Positions 55,397 to 64,000 of a stretch of 64,000 nt of DNA are shown piece after piece. Under the pieces are notes generated by a model. That model had not been told where the DNA came from. It made no database searches and saw nothing but the letters and a program-made list of their open reading frames with translations. Within the stretch, counting starts at the first letter, position 1; every line of letters starts with the position of its first letter. The stretch comes from Gemmatimonadaceae bacterium (GTDB lineage: Bacteria; Gemmatimonadota; Gemmatimonadetes; Gemmatimonadales; Gemmatimonadaceae): contig JBHYGA010000005.1 of the NCBI GenBank assembly GCA_051859245.1, positions 288,001 to 352,000 on the forward strand. The letters are read 5' to 3'. Both the position numbers and the translations under genes were made by a program.

Positions 55397-57669
55397 CGCT
55401 CGCTTCACCGCTTCCCGCACAACAGGGTACGTCGCCCACAGGCACCATTGCCGGTCGTGTGGTAACCGCGGTGACCGATGCCCCAATCAACAACGCGAAC
55501 ATTCGTGTGCGCGGTCAGGACATCACGACCACTACAGATGAGCAGGGGCGCTTTACACTGCGCGGTGTGACAACCGGCATTATCACCCTCGAAGTTCGGG
55601 CACTTGGTTTTGCGCCCGTGTCGCGTGGTGACATTGCCGTGTCACCCGCGAAACCTGCCGAAGTGCTGGTGGTGTTGCGCCCCGTGAGCACACAGCTGCA
55701 ATCGGTCACGGTGCGTCCCGAGGCGTTTCCTCCGCAGCTGCCGGTGCTCACACCGGTGTCTGCGCAAACGTACAGCGCCGAAGAAGTGCGGCGTCAGCCT
55801 GGCGCGCAGGAAGATGTGCTGCGCGCCGTCTCAGTTGCGCCTGGCGTTGGTGTGACCAGCGGTGCGCGGAACGATCTGGTGATCCGTGGCGGCGCACCCT
55901 TTGAGAACCTCTTTGTGGTGGACAACATTGAGGTGCCCAACATCAATCACTTCGGTTCGCAGGGCTCAACCGGCGGGCCGATCTCGTTGATCAACATTCG
56001 CTTCATCGAATCGGTCACGCTGAGTGCCGGTGGCTTTGGTGCGCGATTTGGTGATCGTGCATCGTCTGCGACGTCGCTCACGCTGCGCGAAGGCAATCGC
56101 GAACGCATTGCTGGTGAAGTCAACGTGGCCGCTACGCAGATCGGCGCGGTGCTTGAAGGGCCTGTCGGTGGTAACGCATCATTTTTTGTGAACGTTCGAC
56201 AGAGCTACCTGGATCTGCTGTTCAAGGCGATCGGGCTCAGTTTCATTCCAGCGTACACCGATGCAACGGTGAAGGCGGTGTGGCGTCCCACGTCTCGCGA
56301 TGCCGTCAGTGCGCTGGCAATCGGTGCACGTGGCACGGTCACCTTCAACAACGACAGCGCGGATGATCGCGTATCGAACGCGCAAGTGCTGGCGCCAGCG
56401 CAGGACCAGTACTTCAGCGGCCTCACGTGGAAGCGCCTGCTGAACAACGGCGTGGTGACCACGACCCTTGGCCGCACCTGGACACGCTTTGTGACGGCGC
56501 AGCGCGACAGTCTGCTGTCGCCAATTTTTGAGAGTCGAAGCACCGAGGGTGAAACGTCGCTGCGAAGTGATGTGTCGTTCACACCCACGAGCTCGCTCGA
56601 ACTCGAAGCCGGTACCATTGTGAAGTACGCGAGTCAGTTGCGCTACGACGCCACCTTGGCCGGCTTTGCACGGCAGGACGAGAACGGTGATCCGCAGCCG
56701 CTTCGCGTTGACACGAGTTTCACCGCACTCCGGAACGGCACGTACGCGCAGGCCACGTGGCAGGCCGCGCCTCGTGTGCGTCTCTCGTTGGGTGTGCGGG
56801 GCGATTGGTATCAGTTTCTGAACGATGCCGTGCGTGTTGCGCCGCGTGCGTCTGCGTCGTTTCAGGCCACCGAGAGAACAACTTTCACGGTAGCCGGTGG
56901 ACGGTACTGGCAAGCGCCGAGCTTTATCTGGTTGGTTGGTGCGCCGGCGAACTCGGAATCGCTCAAACCGTTTTACGCCGATCACGCAGTCTTCGGCGTG
57001 ACGCGCCTCGTCGGTGATGAAGTGAAAGTGCAGTTCGAAGTGTACGGCAAGCGATATGGCGCGTATCCAACGCGTCCGTTCAGGCCGCAAGCGGTACTCA
57101 GCCCGAGTGGTTTTGACGACGCCACAGCAGACATTCCGTTCGGTTTGGAGCCGCTCACCTCCAACGGTACCGGCGAATCGTATGGGGCCGAAGTCTTTCT
57201 GCAAAAGAAACTCGGCATCACACCGTTTTACGGGCAGCTGAGCGCGAGTGTCAATCGCACGCGCTTTACTGGCCTCGATGGAACAAGTCGACGCGGAGCA
57301 TTCGACACGCCCGTGATTGCCAACGCCGTGCTCGGCTGGCGACCCAGCGCGCGCTGGGAGTTTGCCACGCGCATTCGTGGTGCGTCGGGATTGCCGCTCA
57401 CACCGTTTGTGCTCACGGGTGACCAGGCGGGAACGCTTGATTTCACGCGCTACAACCAGGAACGACTGAGCGCGTTTTTCTCAGCCGACATTCGCGTGGA
57501 TCGGCGGTTCTTGCTGCGCGGCAACCAGTTTATCGCCTTTCTCGATCTGCAGAACGTGACCGCACGGGCGAATCAGTCTGCACCGCAGTGGAACCCCCGA
57601 CTGCGCGCCGCGGAGCAAGGCGATGGCGTTGGCCTGCTCCCTACCATCGGCCTCAACTGGGAGTTCTGA
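55354..57669 (+). CDS. TonB-dependent receptor
   Basis: Signal peptide, CarboxypepD_reg-like N-domain, plug VAPGV...IRGG..ENLFVVDNIE, C-terminal GLNWEF. Confidence 0.9.
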   Translation: MRSFLQAVCAVLFIALASPLPAQQGTSPTGTIAGRVVTAVTDAPINNANIRVRGQDITTTTDEQGRFTLRGVTTGIITLEVRALGFAPVSRGDIAVSPAKPAEVLVVLRPVSTQLQSVTVRPEAFPPQLPVLTPVSAQTYSAEEVRRQPGAQEDVLRAVSVAPGVGVTSGARNDLVIRGGAPFENLFVVDNIEVPNINHFGSQGSTGGPISLINIRFIESVTLSAGGFGARFGDRASSATSLTLREGNRERIAGEVNVAATQIGAVLEGPVGGNASFFVNVRQSYLDLLFKAIGLSFIPAYTDATVKAVWRPTSRDAVSALAIGARGTVTFNNDSADDRVSNAQVLAPAQDQYFSGLTWKRLLNNGVVTTTLGRTWTRFVTAQRDSLLSPIFESRSTEGETSLRSDVSFTPTSSLELEAGTIVKYASQLRYDATLAGFARQDENGDPQPLRVDTSFTALRNGTYAQATWQAAPRVRLSLGVRGDWYQFLNDAVRVAPRASASFQATERTTFTVAGGRYWQAPSFIWLVGAPANSESLKPFYADHAVFGVTRLVGDEVKVQFEVYGKRYGAYPTRPFRPQAVLSPSGFDDATADIPFGLEPLTSNGTGESYGAEVFLQKKLGITPFYGQLSASVNRTRFTGLDGTSRRGAFDTPVIANAVLGWRPSARWEFATRIRGASGLPLTPFVLTGDQAGTLDFTRYNQERLSAFFSADIRVDRRFLLRGNQFIAFLDLQNVTARANQSAPQWNPRLRAAEQGDGVGLLPTIGLNWEF

Positions 57670-59464
57670 CCGGCGCGCTTTCGGTGAGCGCCTGCAACTC
57701 TCCCGTTTGCAGGCGCCACAGCGACGCGTACACGCCACCGGCGGCAACGAGCGCGTCGTGCGTGCCACTCTCGACCACGCGGCCAAACTCCATCACGTGA
57801 ATTGCATCGGCGTGTCGCACTGTTGAGAGCCGATGTGCAACCACGAGCGTGGTGCGACCGCGAGACGCCAGCGCCAACGAGCGCTGGATCGACGCTTCCG
57901 TTTCGTTGTCCACGGCACTCGTGGCTTCGTCCAGCACGAGAATGGAAGGATCACGGTAGAACGCGCGGGCGAGCGCAATGCGCTGACGCTGTCCGCCCGA
58001 GAGACTGGTGCCGCGCTCGCCAACAACACTGTCGTATCCATCGGGCAAGGTCGCCACAAACGTGTGTACTTCCGCCGCGCGCGCCGCTTCGAGTACACGT
58101 TCACGACTTGGTGCGCGATCGCCATACGCGATGTTCTCGGCGATCGTTCCGTCGGTGAGATACGCATCCTGAGACACGTAGCCAATGCGTTGGCGCAGTG
58201 AAGCCGGGTCATACTGTGCGATGTCGGTGCCGTCGAGCAAAATGCGACCGCTGTCCGCGTCAAGAAAACGCATGAGCAGCTTGAGCAGTGAACTCTTTCC
58301 GCCACCCGTTGCTCCCACCAGTGCCACCGTGCTGCCCGCAGGCACGTCAAAACTCACGTCCGAAAGCGCAGGCCGTCCCTCGTACGAAAGGTGCACCCGA
58401 TCAAAGGTGAGAGCGGCTCTGGCGTGAGGCGGGAGCGGTTGGGTGGAACGCTGCGGAAGCGGCTCATCGAGCAGCGCCATCACACGCGATACCGACGCCA
58501 TCGCGCGATTGTACAAGTCGGTCATGTCGGCGAGACGCGTGAGCGGCCAAAGCAGTCGCTGTGTGAGATACACCAGCGCCGAGTAACTGCCCACGCCGAT
58601 TTCGCCACGCAGTGCGAGCAATCCGCCGTACAGCAGTGTGGCCACAAAACCCGCCAGAATCGCCATGCGAATCACCGGCGTGATCGCCGCCGAGAATCGA
58701 ATCGCGTCGTCGTTCTTTGAACGAAAGCGTTCCGACGCATCACGCAGGTGATCCGCTTCAAACGCTTCCGCCGTGTAGGCCTGAATCGTGGCCATGCCGT
58801 AGAGATTGTTGTTCAGCCGCGCCGATAGTGTGCCGGCGGCCTCACGAACGGCGGCGTAGCGCGGCGAGAGCCGACGCTGAAACCAGAAGGCACCGTAGAG
58901 AATGAGCGGAATGGGTACCAGTGCGAGCACGGCCAGCTTGGCCGTGATCACAAAAAACACGGCGCCAACCATGAGCGACGAACAGAACACCTGAATGAGA
59001 TCATTGGCGCCCGTATTCAGGAACCGTTCGATCTGATTCACGTCTTCGTTCAGCACCGCCATCAGCCGGCCGCTGCGCTCTCGCTCGATGTAGCTGGGTG
59101 GAAGTCGCTGGATGTGCGTGTACGCGGCCTGTCGCAGTTGATGCTGCAGATTCTGCGCCAGTCCGCGCCATTTGACGGCGTACCGGTACTCGAAGAACGA
59201 TTCAGAGATCCACACCACGATCGTTAACGCGACCAGTGCATAGAGTTGATGGGTGGGTTCCACCAGTCCCTGTTTCGCAAGGAACGAATCTTTGCGGTTG
59301 ACCACCACGTCCACGGCCACACCGATCAGCAGTTCGGGCAGTACGTCGAAAAACTTGTTCAGAACCGAGTACGTGGTCGCCCACACCACATCAGCGCGAT
59401 ACGGTCTTGCAAATGTGAGCAAGCGAGCGAGTGGCGAGTTGGTCGGAGCGGCAGTGCTGGTCAT
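57653..59464 (-). CDS. ABC exporter, fused permease/ATPase (MsbA/MdlB-like)
   Basis: TM domain, GATGGGKS, LSGGQRQR, LVLDEATSAVD, VAHRLST. Confidence 0.92.
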   Translation of the reverse strand: MTSTAAPTNSPLARLLTFARPYRADVVWATTYSVLNKFFDVLPELLIGVAVDVVVNRKDSFLAKQGLVEPTHQLYALVALTIVVWISESFFEYRYAVKWRGLAQNLQHQLRQAAYTHIQRLPPSYIERERSGRLMAVLNEDVNQIERFLNTGANDLIQVFCSSLMVGAVFFVITAKLAVLALVPIPLILYGAFWFQRRLSPRYAAVREAAGTLSARLNNNLYGMATIQAYTAEAFEADHLRDASERFRSKNDDAIRFSAAITPVIRMAILAGFVATLLYGGLLALRGEIGVGSYSALVYLTQRLLWPLTRLADMTDLYNRAMASVSRVMALLDEPLPQRSTQPLPPHARAALTFDRVHLSYEGRPALSDVSFDVPAGSTVALVGATGGGKSSLLKLLMRFLDADSGRILLDGTDIAQYDPASLRQRIGYVSQDAYLTDGTIAENIAYGDRAPSRERVLEAARAAEVHTFVATLPDGYDSVVGERGTSLSGGQRQRIALARAFYRDPSILVLDEATSAVDNETEASIQRSLALASRGRTTLVVAHRLSTVRHADAIHVMEFGRVVESGTHDALVAAGGVYASLWRLQTGELQALTESAPVRTPS

Positions 59465-59552
59465 CTGGTCATCGGCATCGAGTGGGACTGGCGCCCAAAG
59501 CGCCGCGGGCGAGATTGAAACGCATCCGAATGCAAACCTGCATCCCAATGGG

Positions 59553-60086
59553 GTGGACACGATTCAATCCAAACTAATTGTCGGGCTGTGTGTGGCGGCG
59601 TTTTGCTCGCTGCCAGCGGCCACGACGCGCGCGCAATCCGGCGCGTCCGGTGCCGGCTCTGTGCTCCTGGGTGCGGGCGTGTTCAACGTGCTGGATGGCG
59701 GTGACCAGGACCGCACGTTCGTGTCGCTTGAGTATCGCGCACCGTTCAGGCGATGGACCCTCAGTCCAACGGTCGCTTTTGGCCGGGCTGGTGGTGGCGC
59801 CACGTTCACGTCACTGGGCGTGATCAGTGCGATCCCGCTCGGGCGGCGCTGGGAAGCGGCGGCGGGTTTTGCGCCGTCATGGCACACCGCGCGCGGTGAC
59901 TCAGACCTGGGCTCGGCCATGGAGTTCTACTCCTTTGCGGAGTTCGCCTGGCGATCGCCGAGCGGCAAAGGTGTGCGCCTTCGTTTCGGTCATTTCTCGA
60001 ACGCCGGCCTGGGGCCAATCAATCCGGGGGCGGAGATCGGGCAGCTCACATATGTGATGCCGCTGGCCGCCTTGTGGCACCCGTAG
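59553..60086 (+). CDS. pagL: PagL-like lipid A 3-O-deacylase / acyloxyacyl hydrolase beta-barrel (GTG start inferred)
   Basis: Signal peptide, DLGSAMEF, RFGHFSNAGLGPINPGAE (H-x-S-N motif). Confidence 0.75.
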   Translation: MDTIQSKLIVGLCVAAFCSLPAATTRAQSGASGAGSVLLGAGVFNVLDGGDQDRTFVSLEYRAPFRRWTLSPTVAFGRAGGGATFTSLGVISAIPLGRRWEAAAGFAPSWHTARGDSDLGSAMEFYSFAEFAWRSPSGKGVRLRFGHFSNAGLGPINPGAEIGQLTYVMPLAALWHP

Positions 60087-60263
60087 CCGCTGCAGGCGAG
60101 TGCGCCGACCGATCATGACACATGCGGGTAGAACGCCGAGGTGGTTTTCAGGGACGAGACGCCTCGCGGGTATTGCTCCCGAACCACGGTTTCCACAACT
60201 TTCAGGGATTCCGGTGCTCCCGGAGGAGTCCCGCCTCTCAACTCTGCATCGAGACCACAATCC

Positions 60264-60650
60264 ATGACCAAGACTCGCGCCTTTATTTCTGCCGCTGCTG
60301 TGCTGCTCTCGCTTTCAGCCTTCAGCTCGGCCGCCGATCGTTTTATTGCGGATCTCACGGGCACGTGGAACGTGAGCGTGCAAACGCCTGACCAGTCCGT
60401 GACCTCCACCCTGGTTGTTCAGCAGAAGGGTGATTCACTCTCCGGCTCGCTGCAGTCCGAGCTCGGCACGGCGCCGCTCAAGGGCGCCGTCAAGGGCGAC
60501 ACAGTGAACTTCGTGTTCACGCTCGATATGGGCGGACAGGTGTTGAACATCGCGGCGTCGGCGCTCCTGAAAGACAAGGACAACATGTCGGGCTCGATGG
60601 ACGTGTCGGGAATGGGCGCCATGCCGTTCACGGCTGCTCGCGCCAAGTAA
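60264..60650 (+). CDS. Small secreted beta-barrel-like protein
   Basis: Signal peptide, DLTGTWNV...QKGDSLSG...G.VKGD.V.F pattern. Confidence 0.75.
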   Translation: MTKTRAFISAAAVLLSLSAFSSAADRFIADLTGTWNVSVQTPDQSVTSTLVVQQKGDSLSGSLQSELGTAPLKGAVKGDTVNFVFTLDMGGQVLNIAASALLKDKDNMSGSMDVSGMGAMPFTAARAK

Positions 60651-60673
60651 TACCTTCAAGCTCGGCAGGAAAG

Positions 60674-60710
60674 CAGCCGGCGCGAGACGATCTCGCGCCG
60701 GCTGTTTTTT
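60674..60710 (+). terminator. Rho-independent terminator
   Basis: 14-bp stem CAGCCGGCGCGAGA-CGA-TCTCGCGCCGGCTG followed by T6. Confidence 0.9.
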
Positions 60711-60765
60711 GTAAAGTTGCGCCGTTTGCCGCCGAGACTTCCACGGACACTTCATCCGTGGATCC

Positions 60766-62484
60766 ATGCCCGCCGGCACGCCCCTCGAAATCACGCAGAC
60801 TCCAGTCAGTCACCTGAGCGCCGTCGACACCGACGTCGCCGTTCGTGCGTTCCTGTCGCGCATTCTCGAAGGGAGCGATCTGCCGGCGTTATCGCGTCAG
60901 ATCATTGACGCGATCTCCGCACTTGATGACGACGCGAGTTCACTGCAGCGACTCGCCAACGTGGTGCTGCGTGAATACAGTCTCACGGTGAGCGTGGTAC
61001 GCACGGCCAACAGTGTGCACTATCGGCGCAGCGGGCGCCCGGTACAGAGTGCCACGCACGCGATGATGCTGTTAGGCGCGCGCGCGGTGCGCGAGCTGGC
61101 AACCGGCTTGCTGCTGTTCGAGAACTATCAGAAACGCTCGGCCGGTCTGCGTGAGCTGATGCTGCTCTCCTTGCTCACCGCCAACCACGCGCGCGAAACC
61201 GCGATCAAGCTTGGTGCGGTGGATCCCGGAGAAGCACACCTCTGCGGCATGTTTCGCAATCTTGGCGAGGTGCTGGTGGCGTGTCATGCCGCCGATGAAT
61301 ACGCGCAGATTCACGCACGCATTACCGCTGCCGCTGAGGGAGAGTCGCGCGCCTGCGCGCGAGTGCTCGGATTTCAGTTTGTGGATCTCGGTGTGGAGGT
61401 GTGTCGCCAATGGGGCATGCCGCCTTCTGTGGCGGAGGGAATGCGCGCGCGGGCGAACGCGGCATCTTCGCAGGTCGCGGCGATCACATCATTCAGCCAC
61501 GACCTCACGAACGCGCTCTACCGACGTGATGGGGCCGGCACCAATCCGAATGCGTCGGTGACCGAGGTGATGGAGCGCTACGCACCGCGGCTCAAGCTGA
61601 CGCAGGATCAGGCGCGTGAAATCGTGGAGGCTGCGCTGACGGAAACGCGCGAGCTGTTTTTGTCGGCACATGTGTCGATTGACGCACTGCGCATGCAGCA
61701 GTTGAGTGAAGCGGCGCACAGCGCGCTGGGTGTTGAGTCGCCTCCAGTCAAGGAATCGGCCACGGCGAGTCACGCGGATGACGTACCGGCTCGCAACGGC
61801 TTGCGCACCCGATTGGCGCAGGAGCTGGCCGCGAGTGTGGATCCGGCGTCGGGACGTGATGTGGGCGCGGTGCTGTTGCTGGCGCTTGAAGCGGTGCTGC
61901 GCGGTGCGCCGTTTGACCGGGCCATTGCGTGCGTGTTGAACGCGGATCGTACACGACTCACCGCGCGTGCGGGGCTTGGCACCGAGGTCGAAGCGCTCAT
62001 GGCGAAGTTTGATTTTCCGATGACGGCCCGCGGTGGTCCGATCACCGCCGTGCTGCACCAGCGTTCGGCGTTGTATTTGCCCGTGGATCGCGCCATGAAT
62101 CTGGTCGAGCTGCGCTGGACGCTCGGCTCAGGCATTGCGCAGTTTGGAGTCTTCCCGATTGCCGTGAGCGGCACCGTGATCGGCTGTCTGTACTGCGACC
62201 GTCTCTCAATGGCATCTGTGCCGGATCGCGACACGCTGCACTATGTGGGCAAGCTGGTGGAGCTGGTCATGCGCGCCATCGAAGAACGCCGCAAGGCGGC
62301 GAGTGCGTCCACGCCGCATCCACTCGACGCCGCGGCCAAGAGTGCGCTGGTCCTGCGTTTGCTACGTGGTGAAACGGTCGAGACGTTGATGATGGAGACT
62401 GGGGTCACGAGAGCGCAGCTGGAGAGCTGGCGTGCGGCGTTCCTGGAAGGCGCCGTGGCGCGACTGGCTGGGCACCAGGCGTGA
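60766..62484 (+). CDS. HDOD-domain protein with GAF-like domain and C-terminal HTH
   Basis: DLPALS...VVRTANSVHY...AMMLLG, CGMFRNLGE, WGMPPSV, GAF-like PIAVSGTVIGCLYCD, HTH-like tail. Confidence 0.85.
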   Translation: MPAGTPLEITQTPVSHLSAVDTDVAVRAFLSRILEGSDLPALSRQIIDAISALDDDASSLQRLANVVLREYSLTVSVVRTANSVHYRRSGRPVQSATHAMMLLGARAVRELATGLLLFENYQKRSAGLRELMLLSLLTANHARETAIKLGAVDPGEAHLCGMFRNLGEVLVACHAADEYAQIHARITAAAEGESRACARVLGFQFVDLGVEVCRQWGMPPSVAEGMRARANAASSQVAAITSFSHDLTNALYRRDGAGTNPNASVTEVMERYAPRLKLTQDQAREIVEAALTETRELFLSAHVSIDALRMQQLSEAAHSALGVESPPVKESATASHADDVPARNGLRTRLAQELAASVDPASGRDVGAVLLLALEAVLRGAPFDRAIACVLNADRTRLTARAGLGTEVEALMAKFDFPMTARGGPITAVLHQRSALYLPVDRAMNLVELRWTLGSGIAQFGVFPIAVSGTVIGCLYCDRLSMASVPDRDTLHYVGKLVELVMRAIEERRKAASASTPHPLDAAAKSALVLRLLRGETVETLMMETGVTRAQLESWRAAFLEGAVARLAGHQA

Positions 62485-62682
62485 GCTGATCGGGGCGGGG
62501 CACGGTTGCAGCGCCCCTGATGACCGGCGCGTACACTGCGTAAGCGCGGTCGCGTTATCGCCTTGGGCATGATCGCCCGGGCGTACGCCATGGCGAGGTT
62601 GAACCCTCGTTGATAACGTGCGACGTTAGCCCCACCGGCGCGGCCCGAAGCCTCGCCACTTCCCACCCTCCCAGGAGTCAGG

Positions 62683-64000
62683 ATGTCACGCCTGAGCGGA
62701 TCGATGCGCCGTCTTTCTGAATCGGCGCTCGTGCTGTTCGTTGCGACCGCGGTTGCGGCTTCGACGGCAGCAGCCCAGTCCACCCAGAAGATCGACGAGG
62801 AATACACGCGTCGCATTCGCGAAATTCTCACCGACCCGCGCATCAGCACCGAGCTGGTGAACTACCTGCCGGCATCTGATGTGGTGCCCACGCCGCTCAA
62901 GTTTCCCGGCATCGAACGGGTGATTGGTCAGCCTGGCTATCTCACCAAGGCCAAAGACATTCACCGCTATCTCGAAGCCGTCGCGAAAGCTGCGCCAACA
63001 CGCGCGAAGTTCTGGGTGATGGGCAAGTCGGAAGAGGGGCGAGACATGGTCGCGTTTGTCGTGAGCGACGAAGAAACGATCGCCAATCTCGACAAATACA
63101 AAGGCTACATGCAGGAGCTGGCGGATCCGCGCAAAACCAGCGAGCAGCGTGCGCAGGAACTCGTGAAATCAGCTAAGCCGATTTACTACATCACCAGCGG
63201 CATGCATTCCACCGAAACCGGTGGTCCGGAAATGCTGATGGAGATGGCGTATCGACTCGTGGTGGACGAGTCAGAAAAAATCTCGAGCATTCGCAAGAAC
63301 GTCATCACGATGATCACACCGGTGATCGAAGTTGACGGCCGCGAGAAAATTCTCGACGGCATTTGTTATCGCGTGAAGACGGGACAGCCGCTGCCAACGC
63401 CCTACTGGGGCAAGTACGTCGCGCACGACAACAATCGTGACGGCATGGGACAGTTCCTCAAGCTCACGCAGCACGTTCGCAACACCAATCTCGAATGGCG
63501 GCCAGTCGTCATGCACGACCTGCACGAGCAGGCCACGCTGCTGTATGTGTCCACCGGCACCGGCCCGTACAACGAGCAGATCGATCCGGTCACCATCAAC
63601 GAATGGTGGTGGATGGCGCAGAACGAAGTCATGGAAATGACCAAGCGTGGTGTGCCAGGTGTATGGACGTACGGCTTCTATGATGGCTGGGTGCCGAATT
63701 ACATGTTCTTCATGATGCACACCGTGAACGCGATTGGCCGTTTTTACGAAGTGCAGAGCTTTGGCGGTGGTTGCAACGGCACTGCAGCCAACGCGCGTGG
63801 TGGCGCGCCGGCCGCACCCACGCGCGCCAACGAGGCCGAGCTCACACGCGTGCTCGGCGGCACCAACTACAATCAGAGTCGCGAGTGGTTCCGTCCGAAT
63901 CCCACGCCGAATGACATTCGCTGGGGATCGCGCGCGAACACCAACATTCAGCAGTCGGCGCTGTTGCTCTCGCTCTGGAACATGGGCAAGGAGCGCGACC
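62683..64000 (+). CDS. Secreted M14 zinc carboxypeptidase-family protein (partial, runs off the window end)
   Basis: Not in the ORF track. AGGAG SD, signal peptide (AAA-Q), GKSEEGR, GMHSTE (HxxE), HDNNRD, HDLHE. Confidence 0.88.
   Translation, partial: MSRLSGSMRRLSESALVLFVATAVAASTAAAQSTQKIDEEYTRRIREILTDPRISTELVNYLPASDVVPTPLKFPGIERVIGQPGYLTKAKDIHRYLEAVAKAAPTRAKFWVMGKSEEGRDMVAFVVSDEETIANLDKYKGYMQELADPRKTSEQRAQELVKSAKPIYYITSGMHSTETGGPEMLMEMAYRLVVDESEKISSIRKNVITMITPVIEVDGREKILDGICYRVKTGQPLPTPYWGKYVAHDNNRDGMGQFLKLTQHVRNTNLEWRPVVMHDLHEQATLLYVSTGTGPYNEQIDPVTINEWWWMAQNEVMEMTKRGVPGVWTYGFYDGWVPNYMFFMMHTVNAIGRFYEVQSFGGGCNGTAANARGGAPAAPTRANEAELTRVLGGTNYNQSREWFRPNPTPNDIRWGSRANTNIQQSALLLSLWNMGKERD

Noticed and set aside
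62335..62470. IS element remnant
   Set aside because: The HTH is in frame with the HDOD protein, and there is no integrase core or terminal repeat.
1..64000. tRNA, rRNA, CRISPR arrays, known riboswitches
   Set aside because: None recognised by eye. An Infernal/Rfam scan of the intergenic gaps (21715-21871, 40772-41041, 62485-62682) would be needed to exclude them.

Overview
GC-rich bacterial chromosomal window. The gene repertoire (Ser/Thr kinase-TPR proteins, BTAD-TPR activators, PEP-CTERM protein, many lipoproteins) suggests Gemmatimonadota, which is an inference. I found about 50 CDS and no rRNA, tRNA, CRISPR array or transposase. (1) At 1-7901 is a secreted caspase-family (C14) locus: one complete protease, the start of a probable second, an ECF sigma/anti-sigma pair, two divergent paralogous outer-membrane-like proteins and a lipoprotein. 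Every exported member carries an x-R-G motif in a linker, suggesting an extracytoplasmic Arg-specific proteolytic signalling system. (2) At 41042-45718 is an orphan two-gene operon encoding a ~1230-aa protein with beta-pore-former-like features. (3) A LOV-domain hybrid kinase has lost both its photoactive Cys and its signalling Gln. (4) A globin is followed by a globin-like partner lacking the proximal His. (5) A BTAD/SARP activator is flanked by two lipoprotein genes that share an identical 16-bp promoter box. (6) Three type II toxin-antitoxin modules lie within 6 kb, each with a candidate operator palindrome. (7) Three genes missing from the ORF track were recovered: the 5' part of the probable second caspase, a 42-aa NSS transporter small subunit, and an M14 carboxypeptidase running off the right end. 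All family assignments come from motif reading, not database searches. Start codons were re-chosen by eye where the ORF track start looked too far upstream.
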